Source of the DNA: Octopus bimaculoides
Taxonomy: Eukaryota
Assembly (NCBI RefSeq): GCF_001194135.2
Contig: NC_068987.1
Coordinates: 13,697,222 to 13,761,221, forward strand
DNA: 64,000 bases
Direction of reading: 5' to 3'
Positions 26,480 through 38,099 of the stretch are shown piece after piece (within the stretch, counting starts at the first letter, position 1; every line of letters starts with the position of its first letter). Position numbers and translations under genes: made by a program. The notes below the pieces were generated by a model. That model saw nothing but the letters and a program-made list of their open reading frames with translations, was not told the DNA's origin and ran no database searches.

Positions 26480-26672
26480 CATACAAGCAGTGTCTGTCAG
26501 TTCCAATATTCTGTGAAGACATGTCTGGTCATGGAGAAATATTACCTTACTTGGAAACAGATGAGAATTGGTAACAGGAAAGGTGTCCAACCACAGAATA
26601 TCTGCCTCAATAAACTCCATCTGACCCATGCACACAGAGTAAAGTGGATGTTAAAATAATAATGATGATGAT
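26480..26672 (+). mobile_element. RTE-tail element fragment
   Basis: ggagaaatattaccttacttggaaacag...catctgacccatgcac...gtggatgttaaaataataatgatgatg. Confidence 0.7.
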
Positions 26673-26944
26673 CCCATAAGAAGCAAGGTCATAAAAAAAG
26701 GCATGGAAAATATAAAATCCATAAAGAATGAATAAGCAAATATAAAACAGAGATTCTTTGTCAGCATTGTATAACTAAATTCTATTTTTAATATAAAGGG
26801 ATATGAAAGGATTTTTAAAACAATAGAAAAAAATGATAGAGCTGGAAGCAAAAATTAAACAAAGAATATGTATTCACACACATAATTTTGTCTAAAGTTT
26901 ACTTTTCAATAAAGTATATAGTTCAAATTTAAAACAAAAACAAG

Positions 26945-27299
26945 AGCACTCAGAGAGAGCAAACCTCTGCCAAGGCAACACCAACATCCTCTCAACAATT
27001 AGTCAGAGATGATTTTTAAAATGAGAATATCTGAAATAAACTCAACTGCTCTCACAAACAAGAATACTAAAAGTGAACCCGACCACTCTCAAAAAATTAA
27101 GTAAAAAAACAGGAAAAATAATCCAGAATCCTATTTTGGTACCAGATCGATCCCTAAATCTAATCAGTTCATGCCAGTCATGAGGCCAAACATCCCTGAA
27201 AGTTTCACCCGAATCCATCCATGAGATATTTTGTCCATGGACAAACAAACAAACACAAATGAAAACAATACCTCCACCTTTGCTAAGGCCGAGGTAATA
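26945..27299 (-). mobile_element. Crypton-like non-autonomous element, inverted copy of 8952-9337
   Basis: Reverse complement begins ttattacctcggccttagcaaaggtggaggtattgttttc and ends ccttggcagaggtttgctctctctgagtgct. Confidence 0.6.
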
Positions 27300-27995
27300 A
27301 GATTGTAGGTGAAATAGTTTACTATTACTAAAGCTCATTTTGTTACTTCCAATAATATATTGTTAACAAGTAATAAAAAGATGACCAACCAGATCAAATA
27401 AGTTTTTGCTTTAGGGAATACGCTTCCTATTGTAGTGCTGAATAATAGTTTCACAATTAGCTTGCTATTTTCATGAGAAACAAGAACAAAAATAAGTAAT
27501 ACAGACCATCACCATACCACTTCCTACTATCATGCGGATTCAACCAAAATTATTTTTACATAACCCAGTAACTATGAAATTCTGAATGTTTACTATTAGC
27601 GTAATCAAATCCCAACTTGAACTTGACAAAACTAACATTTCAAATAAGTCAACTATAATATATTTTAAAACCCATTAAATTCTGTCAGAGATAAGCCTCT
27701 GACACTGAAAAATGATTGTCCAATACTTTTTTGTTTTCTTTTTGCTATCATTTTGTATTTTATTTCTAATCAAGAAAAATTAAAAGAGGATGTTTAAATT
27801 CCTATAACTGCCAGATTAGTTTATTTGTCATCATTTGTAGATAACGTTGTCATTTAGATGGTTTATACTGCAGTTGTAAGTTACACTCCTTCAAGTTTAT
27901 GCAACGCTTGGATTACATTAGCTGAGATAGATGGCTTCTTTCAACAATGATGTCAAATGTAAAAACTAGATTGCATTCATACATGATAATTTTAA

Positions 27996-28199
27996 CCCTT
28001 TTGTTACCATATTTCTTATACCACTAACAACTGATTTGGAAATAATCAAAATTTTGTAAGGGCTTAGGAAAATATCTTCATTATGAAGCTGTTGTTTTTT
28101 TGGAACGGGCCACTTTAATTTAAATATGAACGTTTTAAAACAGGATTTTTTTGTATCATAGAACAAGAGGCAGTTTCAGATGTTTTCATGTCAAAAGGA
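27996..28199. mobile_element. piggyBac-type MITE, family 1
   Basis: TTAA-CCCTTTTGTTACC...TCAAAAGGA-TTAA. Confidence 0.7.
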
Positions 28200-28402
28200 T
28201 TAACTAATTCAATGAAAAACCGAAAATAGATTAGTATAATTTACACTTAGTATTTGTTTAACCTAAGGCTCTAACCATACTTTGAAAATATGGAATGTCT
28301 ATAATCAATAGCTAAGACATCACCATCATCATTGTATTAACCTTTACTTTTCCACCTTTGCATGGGCCAGATGGAATTCAAATGTATTAAAAATGTCTAG
28401 TG

Positions 28403-29112
28403 AAATGCAGGTATTCTTAGCTAAGAATAAACATCTTTACTTTACAATCATCAATGTGGAGAAGGCATCTGACAGAATCCAATACTAGCATCACAATTAC
28501 TATGGAAGTGAAGGACTTGAACCAGTTCAAGCTATGTGCAAAATAAAGCATAGTTTAAAAAAAAAGATCAGGGCTGAAAGTTGTTTCAGAAAGGAATTTC
28601 AAATCAAAAGTTGACCAGGGTTTGGTCCTAAGATTTTTTTGCTATTCATTGCAGTCCAGGATTAGATGTTCATAAGAACTTGGAGAATTTGAAAGCCTGC
28701 TCTTATTACAGAATCAGTCAAGGAGCTACATAAAGAGTTTCAAACTGAAAAAGAGTGGAGTAGATTAAAAAAAATAATAATAATAATAAAAAAGTCAGCA
28801 AGGCAGAGAGACTAAAGTACTCGTCATTGATAGAGAACACCATCACCTAGGAAATACCTTTGTTAAATATTTAGGAAGGAGGTTTTAAAAAAAAAAAATC
28901 AATACAGCACACACAGTGGCAGTGATAGGTACACAGCAGATGCAATGGAATCTTTGCCAAAAATCAAGAGGAAACCAGTACTTGAGGTGTTCCAGAAATA
29001 CAGCTGTAATTAGTGCAGAGGCACTTACAAAATGAAGTTCATGGAATGTTCAAACAGCTCACTGGAGATGGTAGTTTCTGCTATTCAGGTAATACAGTTA
29101 GTGCTGGAGATA
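28403..29112 (+). mobile_element. RTE-clade LINE reverse-transcriptase remnant (pseudogenised)
   Basis: Hand translation EMQVFLAKNKHLYFTIINVEKASDRI matches the RTE motif QEKYLAKxKPLYxAFVDLEKAFDRV. Further blocks ITESVKELHKEFQ and FCYSGNTVSAG; frameshifts and stops present. Confidence 0.75.
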
Positions 29113-29136
29113 ACTAGTAAATATTTTGAACTTTAA

Positions 29137-29334
29137 CCAATTGATACCAACCTGCCTGAAACCACACTTGGTTCTTGGTGAGATAAATTAAAACCCCCAA
29201 CCAAAATTCCATGCTAATTTATGTTCTAAACACCAGCTTGATAATGACAAAGTTATTTTAATTCATTCATTTTTTTTCCAAAATTAACTGAAACAGAGGC
29301 AGTTTATTTCATCGGAAATACAGTAATAAAAGGG
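29137..29334. mobile_element. piggyBac-type MITE, family 1, reverse orientation
   Basis: TTAA-CCAATTGATACC...AATACAGTAATAAAAGGG-TAAA; right end is the reverse complement of the 5554 left end. Confidence 0.7.
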
Positions 29335-29619
29335 TAAAGAAAGAAATGGGAGAATTTCAGGTAATCTTTGCCTTTCTTGATAACAAACCCATTCAGTCAT
29401 TAAACCTAATAGAAATAACAGCCAAATATCATATCAGACTCCACTGTCTTAAAAAAAAAATTAACAGGTAATATGACTACATTAGCCAAAGCCTAAAAGC
29501 AAAAAGGAATGGCCATGACATGTTTGAATAAAGGTCATGTTTGAATAAAGGTCTGTTCAATCAGTCAACTGAAGTTTCTTTCTTTGTATGTGTGTGTGGG
29601 GAGGGTGTATCAAACACTT

Positions 29620-29990
29620 TTATCTTTTACTTGTTTCAGACATTAGACAGTAGCCATGCTGGGGCACGACCTTAAATTTTTTTAGTTAAATGAATCAACC
29701 CCAGTACTTATTATTTTTTTAAAACCTGGTATTTACTCTATTGGTCTCCTTCACCAAAGTGCTAGGTTATAGGGGCGTAAACACACCAGCACCGGTTGTC
29801 AAGCAACGGTGGACACACGGACACACATATGCATACATATATATACAACAAACTTTTTTCAGTTTCTGTCTACCAAATCCACTCACAGCCTGAAGCTGTA
29901 GAAGATACTTGCCCAAGTTGCCACACAGTGGGACTGAACCCAGAATTATGTGGTTGGGAAACAAACTTCTTACCACACAGCCATGCTTGC
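29620..29990 (-). mobile_element. CORE-type SINE, full length
   Basis: cttttacttgtttcag...gccatgctggggcac at the 3' end; cttgcccaagttgccacacagtgggactgaaccc...accacacagccatgc at the head. Confidence 0.8.
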
Positions 29991-30374
29991 ACCTTGTAAA
30001 AAAAAAAGATTCTACATGATAGTGGAACATGGACATTACATGCAGAAAATTTACACTGATTGGAGAAGAATGTGCTGGGTGTGCATTGTTCTATTGATGC
30101 AATGAATAGCAAAAAATGTAATCAGTGAGGCACATGTGCCTTCACTATGAATTTTATGCTGCACCATTTGCAGGATACAAATAATAGGTTCTTCAGTTAG
30201 TAATGAGATATATCCTATCAACTCTGTCAAATGCAGCCCCTTTGTCCAGTGGACAATCTAGCAACTAAATCAAGAAATCATACTTCAGCTAACTTCTCAG
30301 TGTTGTTTTATTCAATTCAACGATATAGAAAATCAGGCATGTCTATGCCCCAAAATGTGTGTGGTGTGTGTGTG

Positions 30375-30405
<31 letters not shown>

Positions 30406-30997
30406 AAATATAAATATATGCATGTGTTCTTATCTTGCAAGTACTTGGTGACCTCACTAGTGCCATGTAAAAAGTATCCAGTTCACACTGTAAAGTGGTT
30501 GGCATTAGGAAGAGCATCCAGCTGTAGAAACCAGCTATTACTATATGTGATAGTATTTCTTAAGGATATCTTCTTAAAAATAAATGGAGTCAAATGTAAT
30601 TAATTGCATGATTCTACTAAGATCTCAGAAGGCAATCAAGGCTCTTAAGGGCTAATAATAAAATCTCAATGCTATATATACACTAGGTTAGTTTATAAAA
30701 ATAACATGAAATTTAATGCAAACAAGTTTCAAATTCTATTTATTAACCTCTAAAGAGCATATACTAACATATAATACTAGAAAAATACAAATCTCCTTAA
30801 TAAAAAAAAACTTATGAAGTATTTTGAGTGATCTATCCTTTCAAGTGCATACCATGGAGCATCAAACAAGACGGATCATCATAACATAGCACAGAGTCAT
30901 GTTAGCTCTCAAGAAAACAGCTTTTCTGCCTGTAGAATGAAAACCTCTGCTTTAGTGCTCTTCTGCTGTTGAGTCTGTCAATAATAATAATCCTCAG

Positions 30998-31110
30998 GTA
31001 CAAGGCCTGAAATTTGGGAGGAGGAGAGCTAGTTGATTACATCAACCCCTGGTGTGTAACTGGTTCCTATTTCATCAACCCCAAAAGGATGAAAGGCAAA
31101 GTTGACTGCC
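30998..31110 (-). mobile_element. Meta-domain-type SINE 3' part
   Basis: aggtacaaggcctgaaatttggg...ggatgaaaggcaaagttgac. Confidence 0.7.
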
Positions 31111-32319
31111 ATTCAAAAAGTGGTTCTTTTAAATGACTCTTACTTGTATGTATACCATCCTCATTAACACCATAGGTTAGCATTTCCTTTCCCAAGACAA
31201 CACAGATTACATGGAATTTTCCAAATAGCAACTGTGTCGATGAGACACAAAATTTTCTAATTTGATCAAATAACTTCTTTCTAAGACTTCTTTGAGCTTC
31301 ATTTCTAAGTTTCATTCACTACAAATGCATGATACTTATTCAAACACCTTTTCATAATTGATTTATATATCACATCCAAGCAGGTATAATCTTGTATCTG
31401 TACATACTGGCCACTGTGTTACATATCCAAAAGCTTGTACTGAACTTTTCTATTAAACTGACGAACAATGTAGACTATGTACTTATTAGCCAAGTTTTGT
31501 TTTCATTCAGTTGCACGTTGACACCAGATGGCTTCTTGTACACTTTTTTGTTGATAAAAGGAGTAGTTCTATAAACCTCTTCAATTATCCTCAAAGCACC
31601 AAATGATATGCTAACACTAGCTCCACCTCCAGCACTGACACCAAAGTAACAGAAACTTGCATAACACTTTGAGAATGCCAGCAAAACATATACATCGGTG
31701 TGGCATATATGCAAGCAAACACACGAATACATACACAGTGGATGTATACATACATTTGTATGGCCATATATATATATATACATGCATGTATGCTTGTTTA
31801 TTATTTGCTAGTCTAAACAAGCAGGGCTCTTCACATATCATGATTTAGATTAATGTGCAAGATAGCTGACAGTCTCCAGAAAAAAGGAAAAAATTTTAAA
31901 TATTTAATCTGAGACTTGGGAAGTGACAGGAACAAAAGGAGGCAGGGTGGGTGATTAAAATGTACCAATTTATGGCAGTAGATTGTAAGAATGTCAGCGT
32001 AGATGTTTGTGATATTTGTTCCAGCTCTTTGTGCTCTTAATCTGTCACCCACTTTAACACTACCACCAGACACTTTGGGTGCCTTTAGTGGGATCCACTC
32101 TGTTGCAAGTATTCAGGCCAGATTTCTGGTTTGAAAATACCTTCTACCTTCCTTCTCATCAGTGTCAGAGACCCTGTAATGGATCGTGGGTACTGTGTTC
32201 CCTCCTGCCCAAGATATTTACAGAAGAAAAAAAAAAGAAAGAAAGATGATACAACTTAGCAAAGAACTATGAAGTGAAGACTGGCTTTTGAGGTGGGTAG
32301 CTTATATTGAGAGTGTAGG

Positions 32320-32700
32320 TACATGCATGGCTGTGCAATCTAAGGTTCAGTCCCACTGCATGACACCTTGGGCAATGTCTTCTACTATAGCCTCAGGCTA
32401 ACCAAAACCTTCTGAGAGGTTTTGGAAAATGGAAACTGTATGAAGCCGTGTGTGTTTCTCTTGATATCAAATGATGGATGTAAACAAGTATCACCATCAT
32501 ATAAGTGATGTTCATTTTCAGTCTTCTGTGAAAAACATGTCTGGCTATGGAGAAATATTACCTTACTTGGAAACAGGTGACGGTTGGCAAAATTAGTGTT
32601 AGCAACAGGAAGGGGATCTGGTCATAGATAATCTACCCTAAATTCCATACAATCCATGCGAGCATGTGAAAGTGGACATTAAATAATGATGATGATGTAC
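32320..32700 (+). mobile_element. CORE-head SINE with an RTE-type tail
   Basis: ggttcagtcccactgcatgacaccttgggcaatgtcttctactatagcc, then aatattaccttacttggaaacaggtga...gtggacattaaataatgatgatgatg. Confidence 0.75.
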
Positions 32701-34368
32701 CTGATGGTTTTTATTATTCCGACAGTTTAAATTACACTTTAAAGAAGAAAAACAAATATTTAGGCAGTTAAGTTTTCAAATGAAGTTAGCTTATGTGACA
32801 AAGTCATGAACATGTATGTCAAATGTGTGATAACCACAAAAATTTACTAGAGAGTATCATAATGTAAAACATTTGTATAGAGTGTAGTTATTTTAACTGT
32901 GTCACTTATGAGTAAGGAGAATAATGCGTGGAGAGTTTTGCTTGAATTGTATAGTACTTGTGTTTTGGTGCAGTTAAATGAGACTAAGTTGAGTCTAAGT
33001 CAACTTTTTCCAGATATTTATACCTAGTGTGGAGTACAATGAATGGCATGTGAGCTGAAAGTCAGAGAAGTATTAGGCTGTGTCAGACTGTGTGTAGGAG
33101 TGCTCAGAAATTACTGTAGTATGTTGTCAAAGTGTATAAGAAAGATCATATTTTGTTGATAGAATAAAGGAAGATATTTAACTTATATTGATAAACTGAG
33201 AAAGCAGGAAGAAAGCTTCAACAGCAAATGCTGCAATAATACAAACTAAGAGAAAGTTTCCAATCCAAGTTAATAGTTTTTAATAGACTTTAATAGGATG
33301 ATAACTAACTTTGCCAGAAGAATATAATGCCAGAAACAAACAAGGAACTTGTTTACATAAACATTTCTCTTGCCAAGGCTTTTTAAGGACACAAAAAAAA
33401 AACCCCACTGGTATGAAAAAGGTGGGGGGGGGTTAGAAATAAGAAAAGAGAGCAAAAGGTGGAAAAGAAAAAAAAGTTGATTTCTATGAGACAAATTTCT
33501 AATTCATAGAATAATACATTATTGATTAATTCCAGCTGTAAGGTAGACACATACACTTGAAATAAAAATCCAATATCCTTTAGGTAAATTTCCCAGACAC
33601 ACAGGCGCGTGCACGTGCGCACACACACACACCAATTGTTGAAACAGTCTGAAAGTAGTTGTACACTCACATCAATTGTCCAACTAAGATATCTTTTAAA
33701 TTAGTGATCCAAAGATGAAATGTCTATGCCCATGGGAAGCAAAATAATTCTACAAGATAAGCAGGATGGTAGAACGTGGCTAGAGGAAGTCAATAAAATT
33801 AAGCTTAACGTAATTGATGACAATGCATGGTCAAAACCAAGAGTTTCATATTGATGAAGAGTACAAGCGGTGCATTCTGTGGACCACAGGTGCTGCACAT
33901 CAGACAAACATGCTGTCATGTCATATGCCATAAACCTTTTCATGACTACATGAAGTGTGGATACAGTTTCAAAATTAACTAAAACACTAACAATTTGAAA
34001 GGATTTAGTAAAATAACATTTTCACATCACTAAAGAGGTGTTTGGAATACAACAAAACAATTCTTTACATAAAACGGTGACACTATAAAATAGGTAGGTT
34101 TTGTACCCCAGAATGAGAAGCAATCTCACATGGATTGGCAAGGCGATTAACAGGGTGGTTTTATGCTGTGTACATACATTATTTGAAAGTTCTATAACAC
34201 ACACAGGGCTAGTTGATCACACTGGGAAGCAAACCTAAAATGAAAGACATCAAATATGCTATGCTTTTAGGCCTGTCTGGAACACCACACACAATTGATT
34301 TATGGAGTGTACCAACCAGTTTTCTGTGTAATGTTTCGAAATGACTAAGTGGTGACTGAGACAATTAA

Positions 34369-34571
34369 CCCATTTGATACCAACCTGCTTTGAAACCACT
34401 CCTTACTCTATGACACAAACTTCCTGTTTAAAAGAGATGGAAGTTAAAACCTTCCATCTCAAGTTTCATGTTCATTTATACTTCTATTCAATTCATCATT
34501 ATTTTTTTCAAATTAATTTAAACAAAGGCAGTGTATTTCAACAGAAATATTTAAAAAAAAAAAAAAAAGGG
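34369..34571. mobile_element. piggyBac-type MITE, family 1, reverse orientation
   Basis: TTAA-CCCATTTGATACC...AAAAGGG-TTAA; internal 10-bp palindrome gagatggaag/cttccatctc. Confidence 0.75.
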
Positions 34572-34834
34572 TTAAAGGCTGGTGTCATGTGAACTCAATT
34601 CAGGTTTTTCAATCCAGCACAAAGTTTGGGGCTAAAGAGGAAATGAAGAAATATGAAACTTGGCCCTGAAAAGCACACTGAACAAAAGCAAATAAGCCAA
34701 GTCGTTTCCAACAAATCCAGAAAGAAGCAATTAAGTTGTGAGGTGTGAAAAACAATTAGCTTCTGTAGAGTGGTATTATAAGAGAAAGGGTTCCTTTGCC
34801 AAGATATCTAATCCAGGCCCCTGAGTACATTATC

Positions 34835-35220
34835 TTTTACCTTTTACTTGTTTCAGTCACTAGACCACAACCATGCTGGGGCATTGTCATGAAGGGTGTA
34901 GTTGAACAAAATGACCCCATATTTATTTTTTTAAAGTCTGATGCTTATTCTATCAGTCTCTTTTACTGAACTACTAGATTATGGGAATATAAACAAACCA
35001 ACACAGGTTGTCATTTGATGGTGGTGGGGTACAAACAAACACACACATACATGTGCGCACAACCTGATTCCATACAGTTCCTATCAACTAAATTTAATGA
35101 CAAGACAGTGATTGGCCCAGGGCTATAGTAAATGACACTTGCCCAAGGTGCCATGCAGTGAGACTGAACCCAAAACCATGTGGTTACAAAGCAAATTTCT
35201 TAACCACACAGCCATGGCTG
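34835..35220 (-). mobile_element. CORE-type SINE, full length
   Basis: cttttacttgtttcagtcac...ccatgctggggca; gacacttgcccaaggtgccatgcagtgagactgaaccc; ttaaccacacagccatg. Confidence 0.8.
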
Positions 35221-35276
35221 CTAAATATATACATTATCTGTAAATTAAAGTGTATCCGTTACATCTAGAAAATTAC

Positions 35277-35375
35277 CAGAAAAGATAAAAATAAAAACAT
35301 AACATCCTTCAGTTTAGGATACGTTAATGAGAAAGACATTGCAGAAGGTTGTACTAAGTAACATGCCATTTTGAT
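35277..35375 (-). CDS. Candidate phase 0-0 exon, 99 nt, IKMACYLVQPSAMSFSLTYPKLKDVMFLFLSFL
   Basis: Acceptor ttaaacatttactaag (moderate), donor CTG|GTAATT, 33 open codons. Confidence 0.2.
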
Positions 35376-36260
35376 CTTAGTAAATGTTTAAGAAAATCAC
35401 TTTCTCACTCTAGATAAGTTACAAATCCTTAATAATATATAAGTAGTTAATCAACAAGCCTTATAAGATTAGATAATAACCAGATCAATTCTTGGAAGAG
35501 AAGAAATTCCAAAGTAAACCCTGAATATAGAGTAAACCTGCCTTGAACATATATTAAGTGATAAACTGCTATAATATAGTAATTCTTTGCATGGTGTCAG
35601 CCTCTTCATCTTCACTGTCTTTTACTACAGAAATTTGAAAGTGAAACTACTACACATTTAAATTAAAGCAGATTTCACCTCCACCACCCACTGTCATGTT
35701 AGATACATTCACAGAAAATTACATAGTCTGAGACAAACGTGAAGGAAGATCACCTGATACAAAATGAGATATAGCAATAATGGTTTATGAATTACTTTCT
35801 CGGTGGTGCTCAGTTTGAATGGATGAAAATCTAAATGAACAGTACCAGCAAGAAATTAACTAGGAACCAAGATGGACAAACCTAAATAATTGATCTGTTC
35901 TTTTAGTCTTCTTCAACACAGTGATAAAACTAAGAAGTATATTTACTACTATTTAAGTAGGATTTCCATCCAACTGTTACATTTCAGAATGTTATTAATA
36001 GAATATTTTAACTAGACAGTTCACAACCATAATCAAAGAAGAAAGTGCTATTTAACTAGACTGATATTGTGACAATTTATTATGTAAACTTTCTTTTTAC
36101 ACACACACACACACACATTTCTATTTATACCCCACCACAATGGCAGGAACTGAATGCACATTTTGTTTTTATAAATTTCCAAGGGTTATAATTAAATGAT
36201 CCAGACAGGGAACCTCTATGCAAGAGGTGGGTACCATCTTGCCTACAGACAAAATTTCAC

Positions 36261-36297
36261 CTGCACTCAAATTCAAAACCTCCTGCTGACAAAGTCT
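36261..36297 (-). CDS. Candidate 37-nt exon (RLCQQEVLNLSA or xTLSAGGFEFEC)
   Basis: Very strong acceptor tttttttttccccatttattttTAG and donor CAG|GTGAAA. Confidence 0.3.
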
Positions 36298-36875
36298 CTA
36301 AAAATAAATGGGGAAAAAAAAAAATGGTTTAAGCTTTAATAACAAGCAATAATTTAATATAAGTTGCTTAGCTATAAAAATATAAAACTGACAATCTATT
36401 GTATTTCTCAGCACAGAAATTCCCTGATAAATTCTCATACACTTGCATTTATTCCTATTACTAAAATGGTTTCCCACCTCAGCTCTATGCAATCATTTAA
36501 CTTGCTAGAAATAACAACAAAATCCTCCACAAATCACATACTTAAAATGGAAGGACACATAGGATAATAGAGTCCAAGCTACATTTTGTAAGGGAGGGGT
36601 GGAGTAGGGGAGGGAGTGGAAGAGATCAAGGATCTGAGGGGGAAAGCCTTTCTTTGATCAGAACAGAACAGGGACTAAAACACCACGAGTCAAGTACCAG
36701 GTGACCTGTAAGTCATTTTTTTTTAAAGATAAAAAGCAATTAAAAATGCTGCCTTTTTTAAGGAAACACCCAGTAATGACATTGTTAAAGATGTTATCTC
36801 TACAGAAATTAATGCCCTGCTACCACCATCATCACTACTCTGCAATATAAGTGTTGTATTAATATCCAAGCTCCA

Positions 36876-36919
<44 letters not shown>

Positions 36920-37943
36920 GGGTTACTTTTATCAAGGCACAAGCAGTACTATCTTTCCTTTATAAGAAATAATAAAAAGCTTTTACAGATCCATAGTGAG
37001 GGAGGTTAAATACATCTAAGAAAGAAACAGATTTTCTTCTTCACTTCCTTAAAAACCAATATCTTGTTCTCGCTGTCTGTCTGTCTGTGTCTCATACACA
37101 TGACCCCGAAAAGCCTATGATATTTTTAGATTTATTTTCTATTTTCTAGCAAAACAAAAACAAAATTGAAGCTCTGCATTATCATTCTATTATACTATTG
37201 TACTTCTACCAATAATCCAGTCAGAGAAACAAAATTAAGCTCTTTTCTTTTTGTTTTTTTGTTTTTGTTTTTTTTTCCATTTTTAAATCACAGAATATTT
37301 TAGATGGATGAAGAAAATGAATTGGAACATAAAAACTATGGACAAATTAGTCATCATCGAATTTTGTTTCCATTAAAAATTAAATAATAGAAAGCAGCAA
37401 TATTCAGAAGTATTTTGAAAAAGACAAGGTTTAAATTAAAGAAAGCTATCAACCGCTTTACACATCTCTAGAATTTCCTCATCCTATTGCTAACAACAGG
37501 AAATCCAACATAGCCAATATATTTACAGATTACATTGATTTTCTTACATTGGCACAAAGCCACAAATTTAATAAAGAGACAGATGACTGGACGAACCCTG
37601 TGTGTATTACTGGTATTTGTTTGATCAAACCTGGGAAGGAGAGGGCAAAAATCAACACCAGCAGGATTTGGAATTTAGAATGTAAACCTTAACTAATGCA
37701 AGACATTTTGGCCAGTATTGTAGTACCAATTCTGTCTGCCATCCACTACTCTTTCACATTACAGTATTGATTTAACATCCACTTCCTGTAAAATTATATC
37801 CGATGAGTAATAGCCAAACATTTATTTCATTTAGTCTGCATTGAATAACAGAACAACAGCATCAACAAAAGTACAAACTAAAATAATTTATAATAATTTG
37901 TCTTTATTCTTTTTTTTTTTAATTTTTGTCTGTTATAATTAAG

Positions 37944-37986
37944 GTTCATACGAGAATGAACAAACAACAAACACAACAGGTACCAG
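37944..37986 (+). other. Plus-strand exon-like unit, 43 nt, antisense to the inferred main gene
   Basis: Long polypyrimidine tract ending ...ataattaag| and a near-consensus donor CAG|GTAAGA; two open frames (SYENEQTTNTTGT or VHTRMNKQQTQQVP). Confidence 0.3.
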
Positions 37987-38099
37987 GTAAGATTTTTTTT
38001 TTTATCATGGTAGGTGTTTTCCTACAGAGGTAGCAGGATTTTCTAGAAAAGTCCACTTCTGAAGAGAAAGAATGTGTAAACTGAAATGGCAGTTGGGTC

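Noticed and set aside
37987-38027. 41-nt GT-AG intron after the plus-strand exon candidate
   Set aside because: It is shorter than expected for a normal spliceosomal intron, and all downstream frames close quickly.
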